A DNA stretch of 64,000 bases from Anthoceros angustus. Lineage: Eukaryota > Plantae > Anthocerotophyta. The notes under the pieces were generated by a model. That model ran no database searches. It was given only the letters and a program-made list of their open reading frames with translations, and was not told where the DNA came from. The DNA is taken from the NCBI GenBank assembly GCA_010909165.1, contig MU008181.1, forward strand, positions 1 through 64,000. Direction: 5' to 3'. This document shows, in pieces, positions 47,863 through 59,907 of the stretch (within the stretch, counting starts at the first letter, position 1; each line of letters opens with the position of its first letter). Both the position numbers and the translations under genes were made by a program.

Positions 47863-48593
47863 TGCTGCGTTTTTTTCCCCATCGATTGCAAGCGGGCGTG
47901 ATCGTAGTGCTCCAATTCGCTTCACGGTTGTCTGCATTTTCCCGTGCTGCTCCTGCGGGTTGCATGCGACTTCCCCCGTTGCTGCATGCGGACGCTGTGC
48001 TGGAAATTTGAGTCGAAGTTGCGTTGCAGCGCACTGCGCTGCATCGGAGCTCCAGCATTTCTCTTGGAGGTTTTGAACTCGTCCCGTGGCCTCGTTGCGA
48101 CTTTGGCTCTCTGCCGCGCAGTGCGGTTGTGAATGTGAAGGTACTGATGATGTTGAGTCTGCAATCGAGTTTCTTTGCGGTGGACTGGCTCTGGAGCTGT
48201 CTGTGTTGTGGTTGATGCTTTGGTCGGGTTGGTCATTCCGCTTGCTCGCCCTGTGAGGGACAGTTGTCCGAGACTCGGCTCCATGTAGTATTGGTGCTGC
48301 GCGTTGCGTGTTGCTGCAACGGTTGCGAATTCCGGTGGCATGTGTCCTGGAACGATTTTTTTTAGGACGTCGGTGTTGCGAAGGATGAGGTAGCGAGAGC
48401 GGCTCAGCCTCAACGGCTCTTTCACAGCGCTTACAAACGCTTCTTGTGGTGCTCGTTTTTTCTGGCAGGGGTGCAAATTGTTGCTTCAGTCCTTTCCGCC
48501 ATTTGTTCACTCCCACTTTCCTTCAATGGTGCCAGCTTTTTGCCATGGACGCATACAATCCTTCTCGTCTCGTCTCCAGTTTCTTACATCCCG

Positions 48594-51500
48594 TATGGTA
48601 GACGGTGAAGCGCTTCAGGTTCACACTCCGCCGTCCCGACTGGAAGCCACATCGACAGTATCGGTTGAAGGAGTCTGTCATAGCTGTGCATTGCCCCCTG
48701 TGTTTGGACGGATGTTCACTATCAAGTCATCTCGGGGTGTTAGGATGATGAGGAATCCAGCATGGTAGGCGAGTGACAAAGGACCGCTTTGTCGGGGCTG
48801 CCTGACAGCAGGTTCAACGAGTGAGTTAGCGCTTTGAGAGAGCGCCCCTCGCTTGTGTGCTCGCAGGTTTAGCGACAACTAACAAGTCCCTCGCAGTACG
48901 TTTGAAATGAATCCTGTAGTTGGCACTTCGAGTTGGCTTTAAGCGTCGCTAAGAAGTTTGAGGGGTATGATCTGGAATTCGACGTTGTGAACATCTATCG
49001 CTGCTTTGTGCAGGATTTGCCATCATCTTGGGTCAATTTTGATTCGGTGGGGTCATCAACTTGGGAGACCTACAAGGATCCATCATGTGCTGAGGCTATG
49101 CTCTGTAACCATGGTTGTCGAGGGCTTAAACAATCCAGCTACAGTGCCACTGGCTCCCGTCTACCAGTTTTTGCTGGATTTTCAGCTGATCTCCTGGATA
49201 CCAATTCCTTTGGTACAAGCGTGTGAGTCAAGCTCAAGACGGCAGCTGAACATCACAGTGCTTTACGGTACTGAGCAACATGAAATTGGAACTTTTGACA
49301 TTATCCATGACGAGTGTCTGATCGACCAGCAACTTAGCTGTCGCATGACATGTGCAAAGCCTGAGGACTTCGGGAAGCTTCATGTCTATATTGGTATGGA
49401 TTTTGATGATGATAGCCCTTCCTACTTGTTGCTGTGTTAGCTGAAAGTGTGCTGAGAAATGGTGCATGCAAATCAGGTTCTTATTTTCAGCACTGGTTGG
49501 CTCCTGGTGTGATCTGAAATCTAACAAGCTGTGTGTCTGCTGTGAAATGTCTGTTCGTGCTTGGCAACGTGCTGGCAGATGAGGTAAGATTTCCTCTCTT
49601 CCAAAGTCATGCTCCGGTAGTACAGCAGAACTCGAGGAATGTATCTAATTCTTCTTGCTTTTTTCTCCAGGCTTGCAGCTCTGGTTTAGCTGGTCACATT
49701 GCTGTGGATTTAAAGGAGGTCAGCAATATTATGTCCTTAGTTATCTTTTGGAATCTAAACGTAGCAGGTTGTAAGTACGACAGTCACTTATTCTTTTCGG
49801 GTGAACCTGCAGTTCTCTGAAGAGAGGGATTTCAAAGTTCTTGTGGAATATCCAGTATATGCGGCAAACTCCAAATATGGATCTAGGCTTGCCAAATTCA
49901 AGGTGTGTTCCGAGTTTTGTGCTCATCTAGACAAGTAGAAAGATAGGATCTGTGGATCACATGTACATACATCTGATGCGCTGTAAGCCGCCGACTTGCA
50001 GATGACTGTGCAGTGCGATTCCTTCAGCCAGGAAGAAAGCCCTTTCGATCTGGACTTCGACAATGTTATCCAGTGGAGCCCTAAGCAATGCAGGTATTGA
50101 AGAATCTTTTTGACCAAAAATACTAGAACTGAAACTGGCAGGCATGTGAAGTAATACCTTCAGCAGTTTTCGCGGTGTTTGCTGTACTGGATTTTTGTTG
50201 TTGCAGTGTGTATTCTGATCAGTACTGAGATTGTTTTTCAGTACTCCTGGGCCTAAAGCTCTACCCTGTAATGAAAGCATTGTGCTTGCTGAGAAGGAAA
50301 GGAAGCCCGTGGTGGTGCAGAACTTGGATCCCCGTCTTGAACAGGTTCGTAGAACAGGAAGGACAGCTAATCAATTTCCTTGAATTCAGCAAGCCCATTC
50401 AAGGCTCAGCCTTTAACTTTGTATTCCTGATTCTGTAGGCTGAAGAATTTTGTGATGAGCCTTCCCATGAGGTATAACTGATTTTCAATTCACAGGCTTG
50501 TTCAAAGTTGTGGTATTGATTCTTGTTTAAACTCTCGTTTGATTGAGAATATCTTGCAGGTTCAGCTCCTGAAGGATGTGGAATCAATTCTCTGTGAGTT
50601 GAATGCAAAGCTTACCAACGTTGTTGCTCCATACAAATTGGAAGACAGGCTTCTCAGTATTTCTTCCTACTCTGGACCTAAAACATCACCCCATCATGTG
50701 TGCTTACAACTGGCTTCTGATGTATTTCCCGGTACTTTTGATATTTTGCATTATCAGGACAAAACCAGGGACAGATTAGAACAGAAAAGTCGGATTGTAT
50801 GCTGCTGCCTTCTTTTGACATTATCCATGACGAGTGTCTGATCGACCAGCAACTTAGCTGTCGCATGACATGTGCAAAGCCTGAGGACTTCGGGAAGCTT
50901 CATGTCTATATTGGTATGGATTTTGATGATGATAGCCCTTCCTACTTGTTGCTGTGTTAGCTGAAAGTGTGCTGAGAAATGGTGCATGCAAATCAGGTTC
51001 TTATTTTCAGCACTGGTTGGCTCCTGGTGTGATCTGAAATCTAACAAGCTGTGTGTCTGCTGTGAAATGTCTGTTCGTGCTTGGCAACGTGCTGGCAGAT
51101 GAGGTAAGATTTCCTCTCTTCCAAAGTCATGCTCCGGTAGTACAGCAGAACTCGAGGAATGTATCTAATTCTTCTTGCTTTTTTCTCCAGGCTTGCAGCT
51201 CTGGTTTAGCTGGTCACATTGCTGTGGATTTAAAGGAGGTCAGCAATATTATGTCCTTAGTTATCTTTTGGAATCTAAACGTAGCAGGTTGTAAGTACGA
51301 CAGTCACTTATTCTTTTCGGGTGAACCTGCAGTTCTCTGAAGAGAGGGATTTCAAAGTTCTTGTGGAATATCCAGTATATGCGGCAAACTCAAATATGGA
51401 TCTAGGCTTGCCAAATTCAAGGTGTGTTCCGAGTTTTGTGCTCATCTAGACAAGTAGAAAGATAGGATCTGTGGATCACATGTACATACATCTGATGCGC

Positions 51501-53209
51501 TGTAAGCCGCCGACTTGCAGATGACTGTGCAGTGCGATTCCTTCAGCCAGGAAGAAAGCCCTTTCGATCTGGACTTCGACAATGTTATCCAGTGGAGCCC
51601 TAAGCAATGCAGGTATTGAAGAATCTTTTTGACCAAAAATACTAGAACTGAAACTGGCAGGCATTGTGAAAGTAATACCTTCAGCAGTTTTCGCAGTGTT
51701 TGCTGTACTGGATTTTTTTGTTGTTGCAGTGTGTATTCTGATCAGTACTGAGATTGTTTTTTCAGTACTCCTGGGCCTAAAGCTCTACCCTGTAATGAAA
51801 GCATTGTGCTTGCTGAGAAGGAAAGGAAGCCCGTGGTGGTGCAGAACTTGGATCCCCGTCTTGAACAGGTTCGTAGAACAGGAAGGACAGCTAATCAATT
51901 TCCTTGAATTCGAGCAAGCCCATTCAAGGCTCAGCCTTTAACTTTGTATTCCTGATTCTGTAGGCTGAAGAATTTTGTGATGAGCCTTCCCATGAGGTAT
52001 AACTGATTTTCAATTCACAGGCTTGTTCAAAGTTGTGGTATTGATTCTTGTTTAAACTCTCGTTTGATTGAGAATATCTTGCAGGTTCAGCTCCTGAAGG
52101 ATGTGGAATCAATTCTCTGTGAGTTGAATGCAAAGCTTACCAACGTTGTTGCTCCATACAAATTGGAAGACGGGCTTCTCGGTATTTCTTCCTACTCTGG
52201 ACCTAAAACATCACCCCATCATGTGTGCTTACAACTGGCTTCTGATGTATTTCCCGGTACTTTTGATATTTTGCATTATCCAGGACAAAACCAGGGACAG
52301 ATTAGAACAGAAAAGTCGGATTGTATGCACGCTGCTGCCTTCTTTCTGACAGGGTTGTCACACAGACTCCTCTGTCAACTTAGGAAGTCCTCATTTTGTC
52401 CGCTAACATCGTCAAAAGCTGGAGAACACATTCTCCCTGCAGGTGTTCTATCCATGAAGGAAACAGCCGCTGAGTTTTCGTGGTCTCAGCAGTGTCGCGT
52501 AAGCTCTCTTCACATGTGTTCCTCGCAATAGCTCATTTGGCACATTGACAGCTGGTCTGACTCATTCCCCTAACATGTTGGCAGGTGACAACCTCAATGT
52601 GGGATTCTTGTAGTGCACCATCAAGCGAACTGCACAGGGACGTCTGTGGGTCCTCGCAACACACACAACCTGGTAACTTCAAAACGTCTATTTGAGACAA
52701 TGACCTTAATTACCTTTGGGGATTCCCTTATGAGTGGGTTTGGGAGTATCTCTGAGCGCATTGAATATGAAGAATATGTCACGCGCAGAAATTCTGACCC
52801 ATATCAATGCACAGATGTGGAGGCTGAAATCAGAGAGCACCTACAAGCTAGATCCTGTGCAGACTGCTTTTTATGCTCTATGAGGTCCAGTGACAAGTAT
52901 GATGCACTTCTATCATGCTTTTCAAGTAGCCTCGAGTCTTCAGAAGACACACTGTCATCGGGTTGTGATTCAAGTGTTGAGAGTAGCAGCACAGTTGATG
53001 AAGAACAGTGTAACGCGAGTGCCGACGAACCCTGCGCTGCTCCCAGACGTTCAGCGGCCTTGATTCGGACCATCGTTGGAGTTGTCTTAATGGCTGGAGC
53101 TGCCGTTATGGGTTTCAAAACCACACGGAACAGTCGGAAACAGCGGTCCAATCCGGGTGGACAGCTGACATCTCCCGACCGGCCTGCCGAAGGTTCTGAA
53201 ATTCTTTGA
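48594..53209 (+). CDS. Multi-exon gene of unknown function with a C-terminal hydrophobic segment; contains a 1.5 kb internal tandem duplication
   Basis: AG/GT-bounded open exons: WHFELALSVAKKFEGYDLEFDVVN..., ACSSGLAGHIAVDLKE, FSEERDFKVLVEYPVYAANSKYGSRLAKFK, CDSFSQEESPFDLDFDNVIQWSPKQC, AEEFCDEPSHE, VQLLKDVESILCELNAKL; last-exon ORF 52613..53209 with ALIRTIVGVVLMAGAAVMGF then a basic tail. Start codon uncertain. Confidence 0.65.
49292..52345 (+). repeat. Intragenic direct tandem duplication (49292-50811 and 50812-52345)
   Basis: Both copies begin cttttgacattatccatgacgag; duplicated ORFs 49533/51053 and 49923/51442 give identical peptides. Confidence 0.95.
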
Positions 53210-54156
53210 AGTCTTGTGCATTACTGGTGACGTTTATGATATCCAATTTTCCTCTAACGATTTCTGGATTGTTTCATTGGTTACAGAGTAGGTGGGCGAC
53301 TAAACCGTAGGTGGCTCCTTAGGAAATACCTGTGCACAGACCGCAGAATCCAATGTGCTTTAGCGAGGATGGCGTAAGCTGATTTCGATGGGTTGCTCTC
53401 CAGTAACGACAACATTACTTGTCGTTACGGTGGACGATACTTGTTAGGTGTCGATAACGTCGCCAGGTATAAAGCGCTCTGTTCATTTCTCTGTGTAATT
53501 GCGCGTGGCGAGGAATTTGCTTCGGGAATCTGAACGACTGGAAGTATGAAAGAGTCACCTACATCTGACTTCCCATGTGATAGGGGCTAGGCTTAAATAT
53601 TGGTTCGCCAAGGTACCGCATGGCGAACCGCATACCATAGCCATGGCATGGCCTTCCTCTTTCCTTGCCCACTTTCCTTCACCGTGCGGATCGCGACCAG
53701 GAATCGGAGGAGACAGGAACTAATCCAAAATCCATCGCGACCATGTTGAGAGTTTTTGTTGGTAGGAGAGGCAGGTAAAGAGAGCGGAAAGCATACGCAG
53801 TGCGAGGAATGGCGTGCCGCGGAGCAAGATGGTCGCGATGTGAAGATCCAACTTTTATTGTAAGCGAGAGAGAAACTTGAATCAGTTTCAGTCGCCCCGG
53901 TTTCCGATCGCCATCCGCATCGCGAAGGAGAGGGGGTGAGGAGAGAAGAAGAGCCATTGCCATGATACCACGGATTTGTGATGGGACCGAACGTTCTATT
54001 TCTACGTACCCTGACTGGAACGTTCACGACAAATCTTCCTTCTACTGCCCTAAAGTCACCACCCTTGCGTTGGCTTTTTTTCGTTTCCAGCTTGTGTGCT
54101 TGTGTGAAGAAGAAGAAGAAGAATTTTATTTAAGTCCACTAAGGACGGATTTCCGT

Positions 54157-54338
54157 CATGGGACTTGGTACTTAACAACTTGTACCATGGTATGCCTAAG
54201 CTACTTGCACCAAGGGCATCCATTCCCTTTAGGCACCCCATCTAAGTACCGATCCAAGCGCAGGATGCGCTTGGATGCTTAATAATCACGTTCTTATAAA
54301 TGTGTGTCCATTTGGCCTAAGCCATTTGGACACACATT
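54157..54338. repeat. Short dispersed repeat with two hairpins, homologous to ~40372-40520, 42096-42240 and 43785-43925
   Basis: Visible similarity (catgg.act.tggtac...acaacttgta...ggta..cctaagctac..gcacc...taggcacccc). Stems at 54252-54262/54266-54276 (11 bp) and 54299-54310/54327-54338 (12 bp). Confidence 0.6.
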
Positions 54339-54517
54339 CCATTAGGACTCTATGTGTAAAGATATGAGATTAATCACGTCTAATAAATATGATACCTACT
54401 TGTGGACTAAACTTTTATCCACTTGGAGATCACTAACGATGTACATTAAAGAGCGCAATCCCTTTGAGCTTGATATGTATTAAAAGATTCGAGACCGAGC
54501 TGTGGGATGCAAGGTGC

Positions 54518-57500
54518 CCACAGTTGAGGGTTGAAGCTAGACTGCTACGGAACTTTAGGGTTCACGGTTCTTTCTCTATTTTTAGTGTGATAATATGTAA
54601 TTACGTAAAAAACCTCCGGATGGATACGAAATTTAGAGATATTTGATACTTCAACTATCGAGGACTGCCATTAGAGTAGGGAAGTAGCCAGCTCGCTCTG
54701 CCCAACGTCACTATTATTTGATGCTTCAACTTCAACTTTCGAGGACTTTCATGAGTGTAGGGTATTGGCCCACTCTATCTGCCCAACGTCACTGTCACTT
54801 TCAGTACGGTATGCAGTGTATAGGAAACTATGGCACCTTTCTGGACTCGGCATGAAACATGTGGCAGCTTTTCAGCCACCGTGAGTGATGGAAACCACCG
54901 TATTTCACTTGATCAAATCAAGGACCTGAATTTTAGACTAATGTTGCAACATCACCTTCAATTATATTCATTCTCGAGGTAGCCAATTCCCAGTTCACTA
55001 CTTTCACTACGGTTCCCTGCAGACTTCGAAAGCACTATCACGCTAGCCTGGTCTATCACAACAAGAAAACCTCAAGCTCGAGGTTTCACCACCACATTCG
55101 AATGATTTTGGATTCTCAGACTGAACTGGCCCTGCTCTCTGTCAGGTCTATCTTGTCCACGCCAGGAGGAGTCTGCAGCTCAGATGTTTGAACCAACCTT
55201 CCCAGAACAGGTCCCAGAAGCAGCAGGCCAGGATAATTCCTGGACAACTCCGACCCGCTCAAGGGAGGAACCGGAAATCATTGCCATTGGCTTCACGCCC
55301 TTCTCCTCCTCCAAGAACCTCTCAGGCCTGAACTCCTCTGGCTTCTTCCAGGTCGCTGGGTTGTTGGCGAGCCACCAGGCGTTGACAAGGATCTTGCTCT
55401 CAGCTGGGATGTCATAGCCAGGAGCTTAGCCTGGTGGAGATTCATGTGGGGCACCAGGAGGGATAGCCATGTGCAGCCTGAGAGTCTCCTTCACGACGGC
55501 TGACAGGTAGGCAGCTTCCACCCGCAATGTCAGGTTCGGTGACGAGAACCCCTTTGCCCAGGACGGAGTCCAGCTCATCCTCAGCTTGGTCTGGATGTGG
55601 GGATGGTTCACCAGCTCAGCAATACCCCTCCATGGACCACAGTTGAGGGTTGAAAACTAGACTGCTGGAACTTTAGGGTTCACGGTTCTTTCTCTATTTT
55701 AGTGTGATAATATGTAATTACGTAAAAACCTCCGGATGGATACGAAATTTAGAGATATTTGATACTTCAACTATCGAGGACTGCCATTAGAGTAGGAAGT
55801 AGCCAGCTCGCTCTGCCCAACGTCACTATTATTTGATGCTTCAACTTCAACTTTCGAGGACTTTCATGAGTGTAGGTGTTGGCCCTCTATCTGCCAACGT
55901 CACTGTCACTTTCAGTACGGTATGCAGTGTATAGGAAACTATGGCACCTTTCTGGACTCGGCATGAAACATGTGGCAGCTTTTTCGGCCACCGTGAGTGA
56001 TGGAAACCACCGTATTTCACTTGATCAAATCAAGGACCTGAATTTTAGACTAATGTTGCAACATCACCTTCAATTATATTCATTCTCGAGGTAGCCAATT
56101 CCCAGTTCACTACTTTCACTACGGTTCCTGCAGACTTCGAAAGCACTATCACGCTAGCCTGGTCTATCACAACAAGAAAACCTCAAGCTCGAGGTTTCAC
56201 CACCACATTCGAATGATTTTGGATTCTCAGACTGAACTGGCCCGCTCTCTGTCAGGTCTATCTTGTCCACGCCAGGAGGTCTGCAGCTCGAATGTTTGAA
56301 CCAACCTTCCCAGAACAGGTCCCAGAAGCAGCAAGGCCAGGATAATTCCTGGACAACTCCGACCCGCTCCAAAGGGAGGAACCGGAAATCATTGCCATTG
56401 GCTTCACGCCCTTCTCCTCCTCCAAGAACCTCTCAGGCCTGAACTCCTCTGGCTTCTTCCAGGTCGCTGGGTTGTTGGCGAGCCACCAGGCGTTGACAAG
56501 GATCTTGCTCTCAGCTGGGATGTCATAGCCAGGAGCTTAGCCTGGTGGAGATTCATGTGGGGCACCAGGAGGGATAGCCATGTGCAGCCTGAGAGTCTCC
56601 TTCACGACGGCTGACAGGTGGGCAGCTTCCACCCGCAATGTCGGGTTCGGTGACGAGAACCCCTTTGCCCAGGACGGAGTCCAGCTCATCCTCAGCTTGG
56701 TCTGGATGTGGGGATGGTTCACCAGCTCAGCAATACCCCTCCATGGACCACAGTTGAGGGTTGAAAACTAGACTGCTGGAACTTTAGGGTTCACGGTTCT
56801 TTCTCTATTTTAGTGTGATAATATGTAATTACGTAAAAACCTCCGGATGGATACGAAATTTAGAGATATTTGATACTTCAACTATCGAGGACTGCCATTA
56901 GAGTAGGGAAGTAGCCAGCTCGCTCTGCCCAACGTCACTATTATTTGATGCTTCAACTTCAACTTTCGAGGACTTTCATGAGTGTAGGGTATTGGCCCAC
57001 TCTATCTGCCCAACGTCACTGTCACTTTCAGTACGGTATGCAGTGTATAGGAAACTATGGCACCTTTCTGGACTCGGCATGAAACATGTGGCAGCTTTTC
57101 GGCCACCGTGAGAGTGATGGAAACCACCGTATTTCACTTGATCAAATCAAGGACCTGAATTTTAGACTAATGTTGCAACATCACCTTCAATTATATTCAT
57201 TCTCGAGGTAGCCAATTCCCAGTTCACTACTTTCACTACGGTTCCCTGCAGACTTCGAAAGCACTATCACGCTAGCCTGGTCTATCACAACAAGAAAACC
57301 TCAAGCTCGAGGTTTCACCACCACATTCGAATGATTTTGGATTCTCAGACTGAACTGGCCCGCACTCTCTGTCAGGTCTATCTTGTCCACGCCAGGAGGA
57401 GTCTGCAGCTCGAATGTTTGAACCAACCTTCCCAGAACGAGTCCCAGAAGCGGCAAGGCCAGGATAATTCCTGGACAACTCCTCCGACCCGCTCCAAAGG

Positions 57501-57882
57501 GGAGGAACCGGAAGTCATTGCCATTGGCTTCCACGCCCTTCTCCTCCTCCAAGAACCTCTCAGGCCTGAACTCCTCTGGCTTCTTCCAGGTCGCTGGGTT
57601 GTTGGCGAGCCACCAGGCGTTGACAAGGATCTTGCTCTCAGCTGGGATGTCATAGCCAGAGAGCTTAGCCTGGTGGAGATTCATGTGGGGCACCAGGAGG
57701 GGGATAGCCATGTGCAGCCTGAGAGTCTCCTTCACGACGGCTGACAGGTAAGGCAGCTTCCCACCCGCAATGTCGGGTTCGGTGACGAGAACCCCTTTGC
57801 CCAGGACGGAGTCCAGCTCATCCCTCAGCTTGGTCTGGATGTGGGGATGGTTCACCAGCTCAGCAATACCCCACTCCATGGA
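54518..57882 (-). repeat. Triplication of most of the C4H last exon plus 3' flank (~1.12 kb unit)
   Basis: Units 54518-55636, 55637-56747 and 56748-57882, each starting with CCACAG. The extra exon copies (55072-55636, 56183-56747) carry frameshifting indels. Confidence 0.93.
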
Positions 57883-59104
57883 CCACAGAGTTGTCTCGAT
57901 GGCTGCAGGAAGGGGCATAATCCGGGAAGAGTAAGACACTAGGCACCAATAACTGCAACCGAGACACTGAATGCAGCTGAGTGAAACACCCACCAGCCAC
58001 GTTGATGTTCTCAACGATGTACAGGACGTTGTCTTCGTTGATCTCTCCATTCCTCTCGGCGTCAAAAATGTGATCCATCCCCAGCTTCTCAGTAGCCACT
58101 CCCTTGGTGCTCAATAGCCTCCTGGAGATGAAACTCTCACCGGTCAGCAAACAAAGTTCAAGGTCCTAAACCTACAGAGCTGCAGCAGGCGTCAACCACT
58201 CCTGGAAGAAAACACCGTACTTGCGTTCAGTGAGGAAGTAGTCCTTAAAAAGCCCAAGACGCTTCTCCTTGATGTACCGGCAGTGGTTCAGATACTTCCT
58301 CAAAAAGGGCCTCAGAATCGGGATAAAGTCCCCGTAATTGTACTCGAAGCTCTGAGACAGCCTGCTCCTCTCCGCGTTCAGCACCTTGAGCTTCTGGTAG
58401 ACCTCGTCATCCTCACCCGTAAACCTCCGATCAAACATCATCAGGTACATGAAGTTGTACATCATGAGCTGCAACCGCCTCCTAATCACAATGCCCGAGG
58501 TACTGGCCCCCTCCATGCTCTTGAGATCGGCCAAAGTGATGTCCACCTCCCTCTCCCACCTCTCCCGCAGAGTCGACACCACCTTGCTGGTGAAGAAGGG
58601 CACGGTCATAATCCGCCTCATCCTCCTCCAGTGATCCCCGTAGACGGTGAACACCATGTCCTGCCCGTTCCCGGTGAAGATGTCGAACACGACGTTCCTG
58701 GTCCGCGACCCGAATTCCACTCCCTGGGTGTGCAGCACCTCCTTCGCCAGCTCCGGGGACGAGATCACCACCAGGTTCCGCTGCCCCATCCGCAGCAGGA
58801 AACAATCCCCAAATTTCTTCGCCCATCCCAACAGCGTGTGGTGGTTCAAGTCATCTCCGACCTGCAACCAGTTCCCGAAAATGGGCACCGCTGTCGGGCC
58901 CGGGGGCAGCTTCAGCTTCTTCTGCGTCAGCGTGGAGATGAGGATCCCTCCGACCACCACCGCGAACAGCCCCAGAAGCCCCGCCTGCACCTTCTGCGCG
59001 GAAAACGCTGAACCCGAGGCAGCCTCCACAGCTACAGCCTCCTCCGCGGCAGCGCCCACCACCGCATAGGAGACGAGAGCCATCGCCGCCCGAGCCCAGG
59101 CCAT
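57301..59104 (-). CDS. C4H: Cinnamate 4-hydroxylase (CYP73A), 3 exons: 59104-58221, 58121-57994, 57902-57301
   Basis: [78 protein letters not shown], heme motif [11 protein letters not shown]; GT-AG introns that keep the frame. Confidence 0.97.
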
Positions 59105-59907
59105 TGCGATCTGCAGCCGGCATCCACCGAGATTAAAAACCCGCAACCGAAATGCGACTCGGCGCAGAATGGCGGAGGAATAAAGCTTACCTCGGCGGGG
59201 ATTCTACACGTTGCTCCGCTCTCGGGCTCCTTCCTTGTCCCCGGTTGCGTAGAGGAGGTTGGCCTCGGGCAGGCAGAAGCATGAGCCCTGCAAGCTGCCG
59301 CTGCTGGAGCCCGAGGCGCATTTATTAAGGCCTAGAAAGAGGCCAAGGAGAGAGAATCTCAGTCACATGTCGTGGACAGCTGCGATGCCACAATTTCCCC
59401 ACACCGGAGCAGCATGACGGGGTCCCAGGACTGGGAGGAGGTCAGGCCCCACCACCTGCATTATTGCCGCTTCCGCGGCATATTTGCGTCACATATTTCT
59501 GAACGCTGCGTACGCACCCGCAGGTCTCGACGCAAACTGTCCTGACGAAGGGCGTATGCAAATCACGGCAACTATAGGCACAAGGGGGCGGCGGGCGCAA
59601 CGCATACATGGCCATATGGCACGTGGCGAGCACAGGAGGCGGCCCCTCCTGCTTGGCGTTGGCTGGGGCGAGAGTTTCGCCACGGCGGCTTGTGCAGAAG
59701 GGAGAGGTTCGCCACGACTCCGCGCCTCCTCTCCTGCCAAGGCCCGTGGAGGCAAGAGGGCCTGCGCCAGCCAATGATAGGAGAGAGGGAGGTTCCCTTC
59801 ATAACCGACGGTAATTCATTAGTTAAGCAAGGGGAGGGAGTTAGTGACGACAGTGAATTGACCTGACCCAGCACGGGAGGACTTTCATTGCTGACCTGGT
59901 TTTGGGA

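Noticed and set aside
53392-53417. miRNA precursor (GTAACGACAA/TTGTCGTTAC hairpin)
   Set aside because: The 10 bp stem is too short, and I found no match to conserved plant miRNAs I know.
53679-53963. Small gene MAMALLLSSPP...
   Set aside because: No recognisable domain or supported splice structure; may be a UTR or non-coding transcript.
58283-59123. Long antisense or alternate-frame ORFs over C4H, and similar ones in 4382-9550 and 47700-48520
   Set aside because: Shadow ORFs expected from high GC content and codon bias; no independent motifs.
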